A DNA stretch of 63,992 nucleotides, the filler included, from Aduncisulcus paluster (Eukaryota), in the NCBI GenBank assembly GCA_024181965.1. It is 7 parts of 7 records of this genome, joined end to end, with 100 filler letters (N's around TTAATTAATTAA, not from the genome) between each part and the next. Parts side by side here need not be neighbours in the genome. Positions count along the whole stretch, not along the records: positions 16,714 to 27,938 come from BQXS01009746.1; positions 28,039 to 31,728 come from BQXS01009747.1; positions 31,829 to 39,221 come from BQXS01009748.1; 4 more parts are not named here. The stretch is one strand, 5' to 3'. Each line of letters begins with the position of its first letter. The stretch's first letter is position 1. Below the pieces are notes generated by a model, which saw nothing but the letters and a program-made list of their open reading frames with translations, was not told the DNA's origin and did not search any database. Below, piece after piece: positions 23,138 to 34,681 of this stretch. Position numbers and translations under genes: made by a program.

Positions 23138-26100
23138 ATGTTTAAGAGCAAATTCGGTATGTTAAATTACTCAGAAATCATATTTTCATCGAACTTTCCA
23201 ACAAATTGGAAAATGTCTCGACTCTTTGACTTTCACAATCATATTACTTACTTTTTCTTTTATACTTTGCTATTTAATTTCATTATTAACATTAGATATT
23301 GAAATTGACTCTTTAAAAGGGATTAACCTTCCTGAAAGTATTGGTTCAGCTGCCAATATTCGAGTTACTGCAAATTTTCTCGATTTATCCCTGACTAAAG
23401 AATTAGAAAAACCTTACCATTGGAATGTTTCCTCCAAAGATGGGGATGAAGAGACAATACCAACAGATCAGGATATTAATACAATCTCTAGTTTTTTCCT
23501 CTCTTTTCCGAGTGAAATTTCATTTTTAGAAACATGTAGAAGGTCTCATCTTCGTTTTCATGTTGAATATAAGCCATATTCGGATCCTGATGCTGAGGAC
23601 GTAGTTGATACTGTTCAAAGTAAGAAAGGACAAAAGAAAGGTAAAGATAAGAAGAAAAAGGGCCAGGAACAAGATGTTGATTTCTCTACTTTGTGCGTGG
23701 GAGAAGTTTTGATTGGGGATTCAATTGTTACCTACGATCACTCTAAAAGTGGAATTGAAATGTGTGTTCCTTTATTTTCTCTTGCTGAAGTTGCACAACA
23801 GTCAACAAAAAAGGGTAAAAAGCCAGGTAAGGAACCCTCTATTGAGGCATCATCTGTTGACTTATTCTCCAATTCGTCCATGTTCACTCCTCTTCCAGAA
23901 ACCTCCTATATTAAAATATTTATTCATGTATTCTCTCCAACTAAACAAAAGAAGCGCATTAATCCGGCCATATCCCATTCAGATCCTTCTGTAATTCCTC
24001 CCCCCATTTCTGCCCCTTCTAAGTTGAGTTGGTCTCCCTACTATCCTAAAAAGCTTGAAAATGTAGCATTAACACTCTCCTTGACCAATATTCGTGAAAC
24101 TATCCCTGATGCTTGTGAAAATGGTATCGGATTATCTCTAGAGTTTTGTGAAGATTCCAAATTTATATTATACAATGGTTCAAAACATATAGACCCTGAA
24201 AAGGACACTGTAGCTTCGGATTCCACTTCAAAGCAAACTAAAGCACCCAAGAAACCATCTGGATCCCACGGAAAAGGACCTTCCTCTCATTCCTCAGATG
24301 AATCCCCATCAATTCCTCTATGTTCCATTGATTTCCCTCGTCTCATTGATGAAAGATTCATTACATCACAATATAATGTGTCCTGTGTATCTACAGATAT
24401 GTGCTGTGGCTCTGATGATCCCTCAATGTCCTCGATGCTGCAAACAAGCCCTTCTCTGTCAAAGTTCTCAAGCTCAGCTCTTTCAAAGCCTGTTCCATCT
24501 CGTTCCACCGATGCTTTCCCCGAAGGAACACCCCTTCCCATGGTTCTCCAAGCCAATTCCTTCTTGTTACTCTCCACTTCCTCAATGCCCTCTGACATCC
24601 TCTGCCACTCCCTTGTTGACAATGGGCACACGCCAGAGGAACCCATTGCTCTCCCTAGGGCACCAACATTGGCCGAGTTTAGACACCGGTGTGCTGGTGA
24701 GATTGCCGGAGTAGTATTTCATCAACGCCTTCCCAAATCAATGCAAGTTGAGGAAGAGGAGTCAAAACATCCAAAGAAACAGCAAGGGAAATCAACAGGA
24801 AGCTCTAAAGGTGGCAAAAAGGGTGCCGGAAAGCCAACTTCTGATAGTTCTTCTCAAGATCATACACAAGCCCCTCAGGATATTATGTTGGATCCATTAA
24901 GCGCTTCCTTCTCATTGTATCTTGCCCCACTATTGTTCCCTGGAAAGCACTCAATAGGCACTGAGGAATCCTCTGACAAGCATTCGGAATGGTGGAGTCA
25001 ATTGGAACTCTCATGTGTCCAACGCAAATTCACTCGAACTCCCAAGCAATTTGAGGCCTGGCATCAACGAGTTGTTAAGAGAAGGGAATATGAGGCCGAA
25101 CAGAAGAAGAAACTCGAAGCTGGGGAAGCCACAGATGCTTCTGAAACGTCTTCAAAGGCCAGTGCTAAGAAAGATAAAGGTTCCAAGGGTTCTAAAGGAG
25201 GCTCTAAAGGTGGAAAATCCGCAGTTACCGATTCTACCAATGAGTCTTGTCACACTTTGTGCTTACCCCCCAGTAGATTAGCTGAGGACTGTATCTCCGG
25301 AGACTGTCTATGGATGGGAATGTGCGAGTGTGGCTGTGGTCTTGAAGCTACTTGTGGAGCTACCACTCGCGAGCGTAGGATTTCCTCTGAAGAATTGGAA
25401 GCCATCCAGCAGGAAAAAGTATGGAATGAAAGAAGAGAGAAAGAACGTAGGGATAAACGCCAAGCTGATGGGATTTCTATGTCAGACGAAGAGAAAGATT
25501 ATTTTGATGACTTGGAAGAAAAGAAGAGAGATGAGGCAGAGGTATCCAAGGCGAAAGAAGAGGCCATGAAAAGTGAGGAAGAACAGATCAAACGTGCAGA
25601 AATTGAAAACGAACGGAAAGGAGGATGCATATCAGTCTCTATTTCTCTTGAGCACTGTTTTGTTGGTAATGATCTCATACAACGTCCTGGGAAACAAGAC
25701 GAGTCCCCTTCCGTCTCAACTGCAAGTATGAGTGGTGTTTCGGGAGCTGAAGGTGGGTCATCGGCTCTGAAACTGAGTGCATTGGTTGAAGGAGAGGATA
25801 GTGACAGTGCCACTGTTGAGGATGACGAGAATCTCGAGGCAAGAACCTCTGGTGAAGATGTGTTCAGTGATCTTCAAGGTACTCATGGTGAAAGGGGAAC
25901 CCCTGAAGACGATGCTTCATGGGAAATGGAAANNNNNNNNNNNNNNNNNNNNAAGGTGGGTCATCGGCTCTGAAACTGAGTGCATTGGTTGAAGGAGAGG
26001 ATAGTGACAGTGCCACTGTTGAGGATGACGAGAATCTCGAGGCAAGAACCTCTGGTGAAGATGTGTTCAGTGATCTTCAAGGTACTCATGGTGAAAGGGG

Positions 26101-27938
26101 AACCCCTGAAGACGATGCTTCATGGGAAATGGAAAAGAAGAGGGAAGAACAAGAATATCTTGAACATACGTTACCTCGCCAACTTCGTGATGTACACTTC
26201 AAAATCATTGAAGCTCTCAAGAAAGAATCTTCTCAATCGGAAGAACAAGGTAACATCTCTGAACGCTATAACTCATCGCTAACTCGTGCTTCCTCGCTAT
26301 TGAAGCGTCTTGAGGAAAGAATTGGATCTGACGAAGCTGACCCAGAGCTCCAAACCTCAATCAAGCAGTGTATATCCACCATCCTTGGTAATGTTGACAT
26401 TATCCTCCATAATCAGAGAAGCACGGACACTGAATCCACTATAGCTTCCAAGAAACTAGTGCAGGATGCTGTGTCTTCCAGGAGTTCAATGCCTGCTCTC
26501 GATGAAGTAGATGAGCTCAGTGCTCTTGCTGATGTATCCCTTGTGTTCCATATCTTGTTGAAAGAAATGAAGAAATGGACGACGTATCGTGACGATTCCT
26601 CCGAGAAGAAAGTCAATCGTTCATCAAAAGTTACTTCTTCCGAGTGTAGAGTTCCTTCAAGTGTTGCTAGTAATGGAGAAGAAACTACAAAGAAAGGTGG
26701 AGATGACACTTGCTCTTCCTCAAAGGTTTGTTCTATTTATAGGCATCACACCGATGATCTATATATAGAGGGATTGTGGAATTGTGTCATTGATTGCCAG
26801 TGTGTGAAGAAGGAGAGTGAGCGTGGTGAAGAGCGTAGTCGTCGTGGCCTGCCCTCCTCATTGACTCCCACAGATCTGTCCCTTCCGTGCACCAATAGGA
26901 ACATAGAGGGAGTCACAGAGAGGATTAGCGATGAAGTGACCTACCTTGATGAGCTTGTCAAATGTGGAGGTTCTCACGAGAAGAAAGCAAGGAGACGATT
27001 AGTCTATCTTCTCTCGCTTCCTATTTGGAAAGACAGTCCTCTTTCACTCTCTGGTAAGTTTCAACTGAAAAGCAAGGACATTTCTCCAAGATCCTCATTT
27101 GCCAAAGCCTTTCAGCATTCATATACCCTCTGCTCCCAAGCTCTCTCTCTTCTCGGCGAAGTTTTCTCTGAAATTAATCTTGTGGATGAGCATATGGAGG
27201 ATATTTTGGAGAGCATTGAGGATATCCTGTCACACTGCCTTCTTTCTCTGCATCTGAGAGTTGATTCCGATAAACTCTCTGGTGTTATTCACATTCTTGA
27301 GATGATGATTCAATGCAAAACTGATAAAATTCTACCAAAAGTCAGAATTAGAGCGGATTCTTTCAAACCTTTCAGAATATTCCCTTCTATTCCCGCTTGT
27401 TTCAAATCAATTGTATCACATCCAATGGTTAAACAACCTCCAATCCTTCTGGGATTCTCAGATGGAAAGCGTCTCTCTGGCTCAAGTACTGGGATGTCTG
27501 AATCAGAAGATGATGGAAATGCCCTGACCATGACAAGAACCGTCGTTTCATTCATTGCTCGTGTGCTGAGACAGAGCCATGTCCAGATTCCTGCTTCTCT
27601 TCCCTTTTCTCACTCTCCTTATTCTGACACTCCGACTGTCATTGATGGGTCAGTATTCATTGAGAAATTGTCTGGATATTTATACACATTTGGACTATTC
27701 ATACGCCTTGAAACGACAATCTGTGAAGACATACAACTATCCTCAAACGAATTAGACTTCTTCTTATGTTCTATTTTTAGTCTTTCTCAAGATTGGATGA
27801 TGAAAATTGAAGAATCAAAGAGACAATCCTTTGATAAGATGGCAGAGGAAGTCCAGCGTGCAGAATCTGAAAGGGCTCTACAAATTGAACTCGAGCGTCG
27901 TAAACATGAAGACGAAGCCGAATTAGCTGAATTAAAAC
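23138..27938 (+). CDS. Large Lys/Ser-rich protein, possibly CFAP70-like flagellar protein; 3'-truncated
   Basis: Exon 1 (23138-23156, MFKSKF) splices to DIEIDSLKG. The ORF is continuous after collapsing the gap overlap at 25750-26135. LAPLLFPG and ISVSISLEHCFV recall CFAP70 segments (recall only, weak). Confidence 0.7.
23157..23295 (+). other. Spliceosomal intron (139 nt)
   Basis: GTATGT...TATTAACATTAG. It joins ATG 23138 in frame to a long ORF that lacks an early ATG. Confidence 0.8.
25750..26135. repeat. Duplicated sequence flanking 20-N gap
   Basis: 25750-25932 matches 25953-26135. Confidence 0.9.
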
Positions 27939-28038
27939 NNNNNNNNNNNNNNNNNNNNNNNNNNNNNNNNNNNNNNNNNNNNTTAATTAATTAANNNNNN
28001 NNNNNNNNNNNNNNNNNNNNNNNNNNNNNNNNNNNNNN
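27939..28038. other. Artificial contig linker
   Basis: N44-TTAATTAATTAA-N44. Confidence 0.98.
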
Positions 28039-30457
28039 GACAGGGTCAGAGACAGTGGCAGTGACAGATACAGTGATAGAGGTACAGTGACAGGTATAAG
28101 ACCGGTAGACACCGTGCAACCGAGAACAACAGTGCCAGAAAGGGACGCAGAGCCCCTCAGAGAGAACGACAGGACAGAGATACGTGCTATACACACCACA
28201 AACGCAGTGTTATACGCTACGCTTGTAACCCTTTTGATCAAGATACCCTTGTAGAACCGTGAGATATCGAAGATACTCCCGTAAAGTAAGAGGAGGATGT
28301 GGTAATGTCTCAGGATCTATAAATAGACACGTTCGGTGAACTGTCATATCAATAAATTGTAAATCGTTTATTATACGTACTACCACAGTGTTCAGGGGCT
28401 CCTTTTCACGAGTCAAGAGGTATCCAAGGAAGTAGAGAGAATCTACTCGGGTAATCGGAGTGTCATCAATCATAGTGGAATCGTCTTCACGATTCGAGAA
28501 GAAGAGGCACTTGGAGGGTTTGACGTCGAGGAGGCGAGCACGCAGACGAGAACGAACGAAGTCGAAGATTTCAGTATTGTTATCAGATTGAGTCATGAGT
28601 GTCATGTCATCAGCGTAGAAGACTACAGGAGGGAAAGTGAGAGAGTGACCATCGATTTCAACAGATATGGAGTCGAAGTGACGACAGACTTCCTGAATAA
28701 TATCGTCCACAGACACGTTATATAGTTTCATAGAGAGATAGTCTCCTTGCGGTGCACCACGAGGGGATACATGTGAGTGAGAGAGCCGTCCTTATTAACC
28801 ACGAAACGAGGCTGATTGGAGAGAAAGAAGGAGATATAGTTCTGGAGAGTCGAGTTGACATTTTTACGACGGAAGGCTCTCCATAATAGAGTCTTTTGAG
28901 AGAGTGTTGAAGGCATTAGATGAGTCAATTTGTAGAATTCGAATTGGTTTTTGTGTTTGATCACATAGAGCGATACATAATAAAACATGATAGGCAGCTT
29001 TGAGGGCGCCATCTGGAACACCATCACCATATTGACAGGGGTGGCAAAGTGCACCAATTTTGGCTAGGATGGCACGATGGAGAATCCTGAGAGGAATTTC
29101 AGCCATAGCAATTGTCCTGTAACTTTGCGTCGAAAACATGTTCGTTGAGCGAGGTTTGCGCAAGGCAAAGACCTTGCTCGAGAGGAAGTTGGGGAGGACA
29201 GAGGGATTTGATACAAAGTACGAAGACATAAAGGCAAAAGTCTCTGCAGAAGCTTTATCCATAAGGACAGAGCGCCAGACATCGGAAGGGATGCCCGACA
29301 GACCACCATGCGATAAAGAGGCTTGCTTTTTTGCTGATTCGATGATGTCAGAGGCAGTAATAATGATGGGGGGAGTATCACTTGGGATGTGTTCAAAGGG
29401 AGCAACTCCAGAAGGAAGATCTGGATGTTGTACACCAATGGCTGCCGAGGCAGTGTTTGCATCCACAGGAAGGGATTTCTGTAGAGCAATTTGGACACCC
29501 TTTGCAATACGCCCATGTTCAATAAACTTTTCACTCTTACGATATTTACCATTTCCTTTTCCTTTCCTGCCACGCTTCCTTTTACGTCCTACTAAGTAGC
29601 ACTGAGTACACGTTAGAAGGCGTTCAAGACCCTTGTTGATTTCACTATGACCATGAGTACGAATCCTACGATCAATGTCAGCAAAAGTGGAGATAAGGGT
29701 TGAGATGGCTCCAGAGCGATTGTGATCAGGAAGGTACATACAATGACGATGTGAGGTTGGTTGAGGGACTGAGGGAGGCGGAACAGTAGAAGAGGAAGGA
29801 GGTTCTTGTTGTGTGGTAGTAGTTGATGCCTGAGGGACATCGACTGGTGTAGTTGGAGGATCACCAGACTGAACATCAGGGGGGGGATCGATGGGTATGT
29901 CACCGGAAAAAAGAACATCTTGAACCACAGTCATCCGAGCTGACACGCATTTAAGAGCACGAGACTTAGCACGTACTGAGGATGTAGTCACTGCGCAGTC
30001 AAATAGAGGATTCAGCGCTGCAGCAACATGGGTTGCAATTGTAGCAGTCGCAGATTGCAAAACGCCATCTATTCGTCTTGCAGTGCCTGAATCAAGTGAC
30101 CAGAACAGGGAATACGAAAGAAATTCGCGAGCAGTCGAGAATTGAGGTGGTTTCAACGAGTTCAATTCAGATATGACTTGAGCCACGATCTGAGATGATA
30201 TATGTTTTCGTAACAGTATGCATCGAGTGTCCAAGAAGGTGGGTGGCAAGTTATAGTTCCACCGGACAAATTTTGTCCGACAAAAGATCAACTCATGTAA
30301 ATGTTGTAATACCACAGAAAGAATGGAAAATAAGATAATTAGAGATCCTTTTTGAGCAGAATTAACAGGAAAAACTTAGGTTTTAGGGCGATTCTACATG
30401 GAGTCACGGCGGTCAGGGTGCCGACTCGGAGCGGCTACTAGCCATTAGTAATGCCCT
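28039..30457 (-). mobile_element. Non-LTR retrotransposon (CRE/R2-like reverse transcriptase), frameshifted, truncated at contig end
   Basis: RT motifs in order: GGLSGI, ALRK, YRTIAMAE..LR, QYG, IDSSNAFN, RGAPQGD, FYADD, VKPSKC, YFLG. They are spread over ORFs 28864-30315, 28728-29057 and 28210-28731. GC is higher than in flanking genes. Confidence 0.88.
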
Positions 30458-30499
30458 TTTCTGCACGAATTGATTTATTTTCACAAACATAATTCTTTC

Positions 30500-31726
30500 A
30501 TGGAAGATTGTATTTCTAATATATGCATTACATCGATTATTATTGGTTTTTTTTTCCTGTTAGCTGGCACCATTGTACTGATAATCGGAAAAGTAGTTAC
30601 GAACAATTTTTTTGATAACGTAGATTCTTTTATGGCCTCAATTGAGGATGTTTCATCATCCTCTTCCTACTCTAGGTTCAAAAATTCTCTTGCTACAATG
30701 AGCATGACTCTTGAAATCGATGGCACAACATTCTCTCTTGATATCAATGATTTTACTGCTTATAGCGATGAACCATGTGGTGTTGATGATGATGATATGG
30801 CAGCCCTTGAAGAAAGAGGTATTTCTAGCTCTGATATGGATTCATTTTTTTACAGATATTCTCCTTTAACAAGCTCTGATATTTCAGGTGTTTCTGGACT
30901 CGACTTTTACGCCAATATTGAGTTATTTGAAGATAGTACGTCCAATTTATCAACCTCAAAGGAGTTTGTGTATAGTGACATAACATCTACCGATTCTGAA
31001 GGAGATTGCAACTCCTATGAACGTAAGTGTTCATATAAATGTCTCTCTGTATCATATGCAAAAGCTCTTAATATTGGAATCACTCCCAAGCATACCTCCA
31101 CGTATCCGAATACTTATGATGTCAGTGGCGATGATGTTAACTTTGCCAACTGGAACAACTATTCGTACAGTTCATATAGTTGCTCTTCGGTTGATTATAT
31201 TCCAGTAAGTTCCCTTTCTTTAAATATTTATGATATTACTACCTATTGTGGGATTTATCAGACCCATTACGGTGGAGATCTCGGATCTGATTTGTCTAAT
31301 CTTATTAAGATTGGCACTATCTTGTTGATTATTGGGGGATGCTGTGGTGCTATCGTTATTATTTTATTCCTAATTAGTATTTGTGATGTTGAAAGCTGCT
31401 TCAGTTCGTGTTCAAGTCTCTTCTATTCTTGCAAAACTAGTCATGAGAGGAAAAAAACTCAACGTGAGGAAGAAAGGAAAAAAAGGGCTGAGCAGAGACA
31501 GAGACAGCGTGCAATGCGTTCATCCACATACCAACCAGAATCAGAGTTGGGAGATCAAAGAATTGATCTTGAAGATAGGTCCCACTCTCCTCTTTATCAA
31601 CCTTCCTCACAACCCATACAGCCTCTCCCTGATGAAGTTGTTGCCCAGGGTGAACAGGATGAAAGTGGACAAACATTCATTCCTGTGAGTGTCATTCTTG
31701 CCAGAATGCAGGCTGGGGAAATGTAA
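30500..31726 (+). CDS. Hypothetical two-TM membrane protein with Ser/Asp/Cys-rich extracellular loop
   Basis: ATG at 30500; two hydrophobic segments flank a ~240-aa loop, followed by a charged cytoplasmic tail. Confidence 0.8.
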   Translation: MEDCISNICITSIIIGFFFLLAGTIVLIIGKVVTNNFFDNVDSFMASIEDVSSSSSYSRFKNSLATMSMTLEIDGTTFSLDINDFTAYSDEPCGVDDDDMAALEERGISSSDMDSFFYRYSPLTSSDISGVSGLDFYANIELFEDSTSNLSTSKEFVYSDITSTDSEGDCNSYERKCSYKCLSVSYAKALNIGITPKHTSTYPNTYDVSGDDVNFANWNNYSYSSYSCSSVDYIPVSSLSLNIYDITTYCGIYQTHYGGDLGSDLSNLIKIGTILLIIGGCCGAIVIILFLISICDVESCFSSCSSLFYSCKTSHERKKTQREEERKKRAEQRQRQRAMRSSTYQPESELGDQRIDLEDRSHSPLYQPSSQPIQPLPDEVVAQGEQDESGQTFIPVSVILARMQAGEM

Positions 31727-31728
31727 TG

Positions 31729-31828
31729 NNNNNNNNNNNNNNNNNNNNNNNNNNNNNNNNNNNNNNNNNNNNTTAATTAATTAANNNNNNNNNNNNNNNN
31801 NNNNNNNNNNNNNNNNNNNNNNNNNNNN
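31729..31828. other. Artificial contig linker
   Basis: N44-TTAATTAATTAA-N44. Confidence 0.98.
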
Positions 31829-32654
31829 CACAAGAGTTGTACACAATCGTGCCACATATGGAGCGTTTGGGTTTGTGTTTGGCTTCAGTATCATCTTGAG
31901 ACTTAGAGTAGAAATCAACAAAGCTCTTGGAAGTCGTGGAAGAGGAGATGTAGTCTTGGATCTGAGCAAGACCGAGATCAGAGAGAACAATGGCGCAATC
32001 GATTGTCTTGGGTTCAACACGAACAAGGAAATTGCCAGGCTTAATGTCTCGGTGAATAAGGTCGGGCTTGGCTTTGAACACTTCGGAAAGACACTCGATC
32101 ATTCCAACACACAATGCACTCACTCTCAGAGGATCAAGAGTCATGGGGTCAATGCGAGTGGAGCTTGAGTCAGAGTCAGAGTCAGAGTCAGAGTCAGAGC
32201 TTGAGTCTTCAGATTCAACTGAGGAGCTTGAACAGCCACGTCCATACTTGTCTCCAACACACCAACTCCTGGAAAAGTCTTTCACACTGCCTCCAATACA
32301 AAACTCCATGCAAAACCCGTACACGCCTCTATAGTCCTCGTCAAGAAGGTCAAGAATGTAGATGGGGCGAGGGATACGGTTGAAACATTCGATGAACAGC
32401 TTCATTTGGATCTTGAACTCCTTGCGACACTCTTTGATAACGGCCTTGTCACCGACTTTAAGAAGTTTCTTCAGAACACATGGATGAGAAACGCCGTCAA
32501 TACTCACAATGTAAACGGCTCCGAACCCACCTTTGCCACAGAAACACCTGCACCTTAGAGCTGATGCAGAGGTGAGAGTCTTGTCGTCTTGTTTACGTTT
32601 GTGCCCAGATTTCGTGGTTTTTGATACTTTTGATGTAGATTTGTCTTTGCCCAT
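31829..32654 (-). CDS. Lineage-specific Ser/Thr protein kinase, 3'-truncated
   Basis: GKGGFG, VLKK, alphaC Glu (KEF), HRDIKPGN, DLG and CGT; a (GAGTCA)n run encodes an SD repeat. Confidence 0.92.
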
Positions 32655-33794
32655 TGTAGAAAACGGAAGAAACAACCAACCAACCAATGGAAGATAGAAA
32701 TAGTCTTAGAGTGTACAAATTACGAACGAATGAATGATGAAGATGCGATTGACCAGCAGACTAGGAATGCAAATAGAAGGATGGTGAGGAATAACAAAGA
32801 GAATAATAAATGAAAAAGAACGAAAGGAAAAGCAACAGAAATATTTTCATGAATCGGGGAAACATACTGAAATAGCGGGCCGAACACAAAAGATTCTCTC
32901 GTAGTTGTAACGAAAAGGGCTGTTCTTTCAGCTTCAGTGTGAGTGTGGACAGAAGTAAGGATATTTCATGCTTAAATTATTTTTGCACAGCATTTTATTC
33001 ATTTTATTTATTTTTGATATTTTTATTATATTATATATTGGACACTTCCAGTTTCTAGTTTGAAATTTATGAAATTCTGTCGCACACGAGCTTTGCGAGG
33101 TTCATGCGTTCATCGTTTGAAAGCACAATATTTGGAATAGTGTGATATAAAATTTTGGATAGTCTTGCAATTGTCCGTTGTTGACATCAAAGGATCGAAA
33201 AGTCGCCATTTGGATGNNNNNNNNNNNNNNNNNNNNCAGAGGTGAGAGTCTTGTCGTCTTGTTTACGTTTGTGCCCAGATTTCGTGGTTTTTGATACTTT
33301 TGATGTAGATTTGTCTTTGCCCATTGTAGAAAACGGAAGAAACAACCAACCAACCAATGGAAGATAGAAATAGTCTTAGAGTGTACAAATTACGAACGAA
33401 TGAATGATGAAGATGCGATTGACCAGCAGACTAGGAATGCAAATAGAAGGATGGTGAGGAATAACAAAGAGAATAATAAATGAAAAAGAACGAAAGGAAA
33501 AGCAACAGAAATATTTTCATGAATCGGGGAAACATACTGAAATAGCGGGCCGAACACAAAAGATTCTCTCGTAGTTGTAACGAAAAGGGCTGTTCTTTCA
33601 GCTTCAGTGTGAAGTGTGGACACTTCCAGTTTCTAGTTTGAAATTTATGAAATTCTGTCGCACACGAGCTTTGCGAGGTTCATGCGTTCATCGTTTGAAA
33701 GCACAATATTTGGAATAGTGTGATATAAAATTTTGGATAGTCTTGCAATTGTCCGTTGTTGACATCAAAGGATCGAAAAGTCGCCATTTGGATG
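32567..33794. repeat. Gap-flanking duplicate with differences between copies
   Basis: 32567-33216 vs 33237-33794 differ by a 93-nt insertion and a 1-nt indel. Confidence 0.9.
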
Positions 33795-34167
33795 GCATCA
33801 CGACATATCCTTGGAGATACAATGGGATAAAATAATACTTTTTTTCGGAGATATTGCCAACATGGCTTTCTTTTTGAGAGCTTTCGATTTTCTTTCCATT
33901 TTCTTTCGATTTACATTCGATAGCTAAGTTAGCTAAGATCTGAAATAATATCATCTTTCACAAGCTTGTATGAGCTTTGAGAGTTCTGTTTAAGATTTTT
34001 CAAATGTGTTCAAAGATCGACACAGATTCTGCTTTTATCGAATACTATCCAACAATGATCGTTCCATTATGTCTTTCACACAGTTATTCTCACTCAACTC
34101 TCCTATTTTATTCAGTATTCTTCTATTCCTGATGATATTTTTAGCATCTCTGGATAAGAAGATGATT

Positions 34168-34356
34168 GATCTGTGGACGTATAAAATGCAGATTGACCAA
34201 CCTGCTGCCATACTCGCTCTTCCCTTGAGAAAGTGATAGACGATGTGTTCGCTATGGTATTTCATGAAGTGATTGACGTAGATCCTCCGATCAACTTGGA
34301 TACGATGCGGCAGTCGACTCGATCGGATCGCTGTAAATTATATACGTCCACAGATC
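34168..34356. repeat. 20-bp inverted repeat pair (19/20 match) spanning 189 bp
   Basis: GATCTGTGGACGTATAAAAT at 34168-34187 and ATTATATACGTCCACAGATC at 34337-34356. Confidence 0.75.
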
Positions 34357-34681
34357 CACTCAGTGACTGAATCTGGTCTGATTCTGGATGATACTCCATT
34401 ATTGTTAAATTTGTTTGAAAGATTATTGTATAATATTGTATAATATTTCTTCTGTGCCTTCCTTAACAAATCCCCAGATCATCCATTTCGTGTAAAAGGC
34501 CATAATCATATATTATTGGATTTGAATTTGAATAAAATTATTTCAAAGGCATGGAACGAACATAATTGGCCCCGTGGAACGTGCAATCACGGGTCGGAAT
34601 AACAAAGGAAGAGCGATTTGAGGGTGGTACTCAGTTTTGAAGACCATATCATGATTTCCATCAATTCGTTTTGAACAACCG

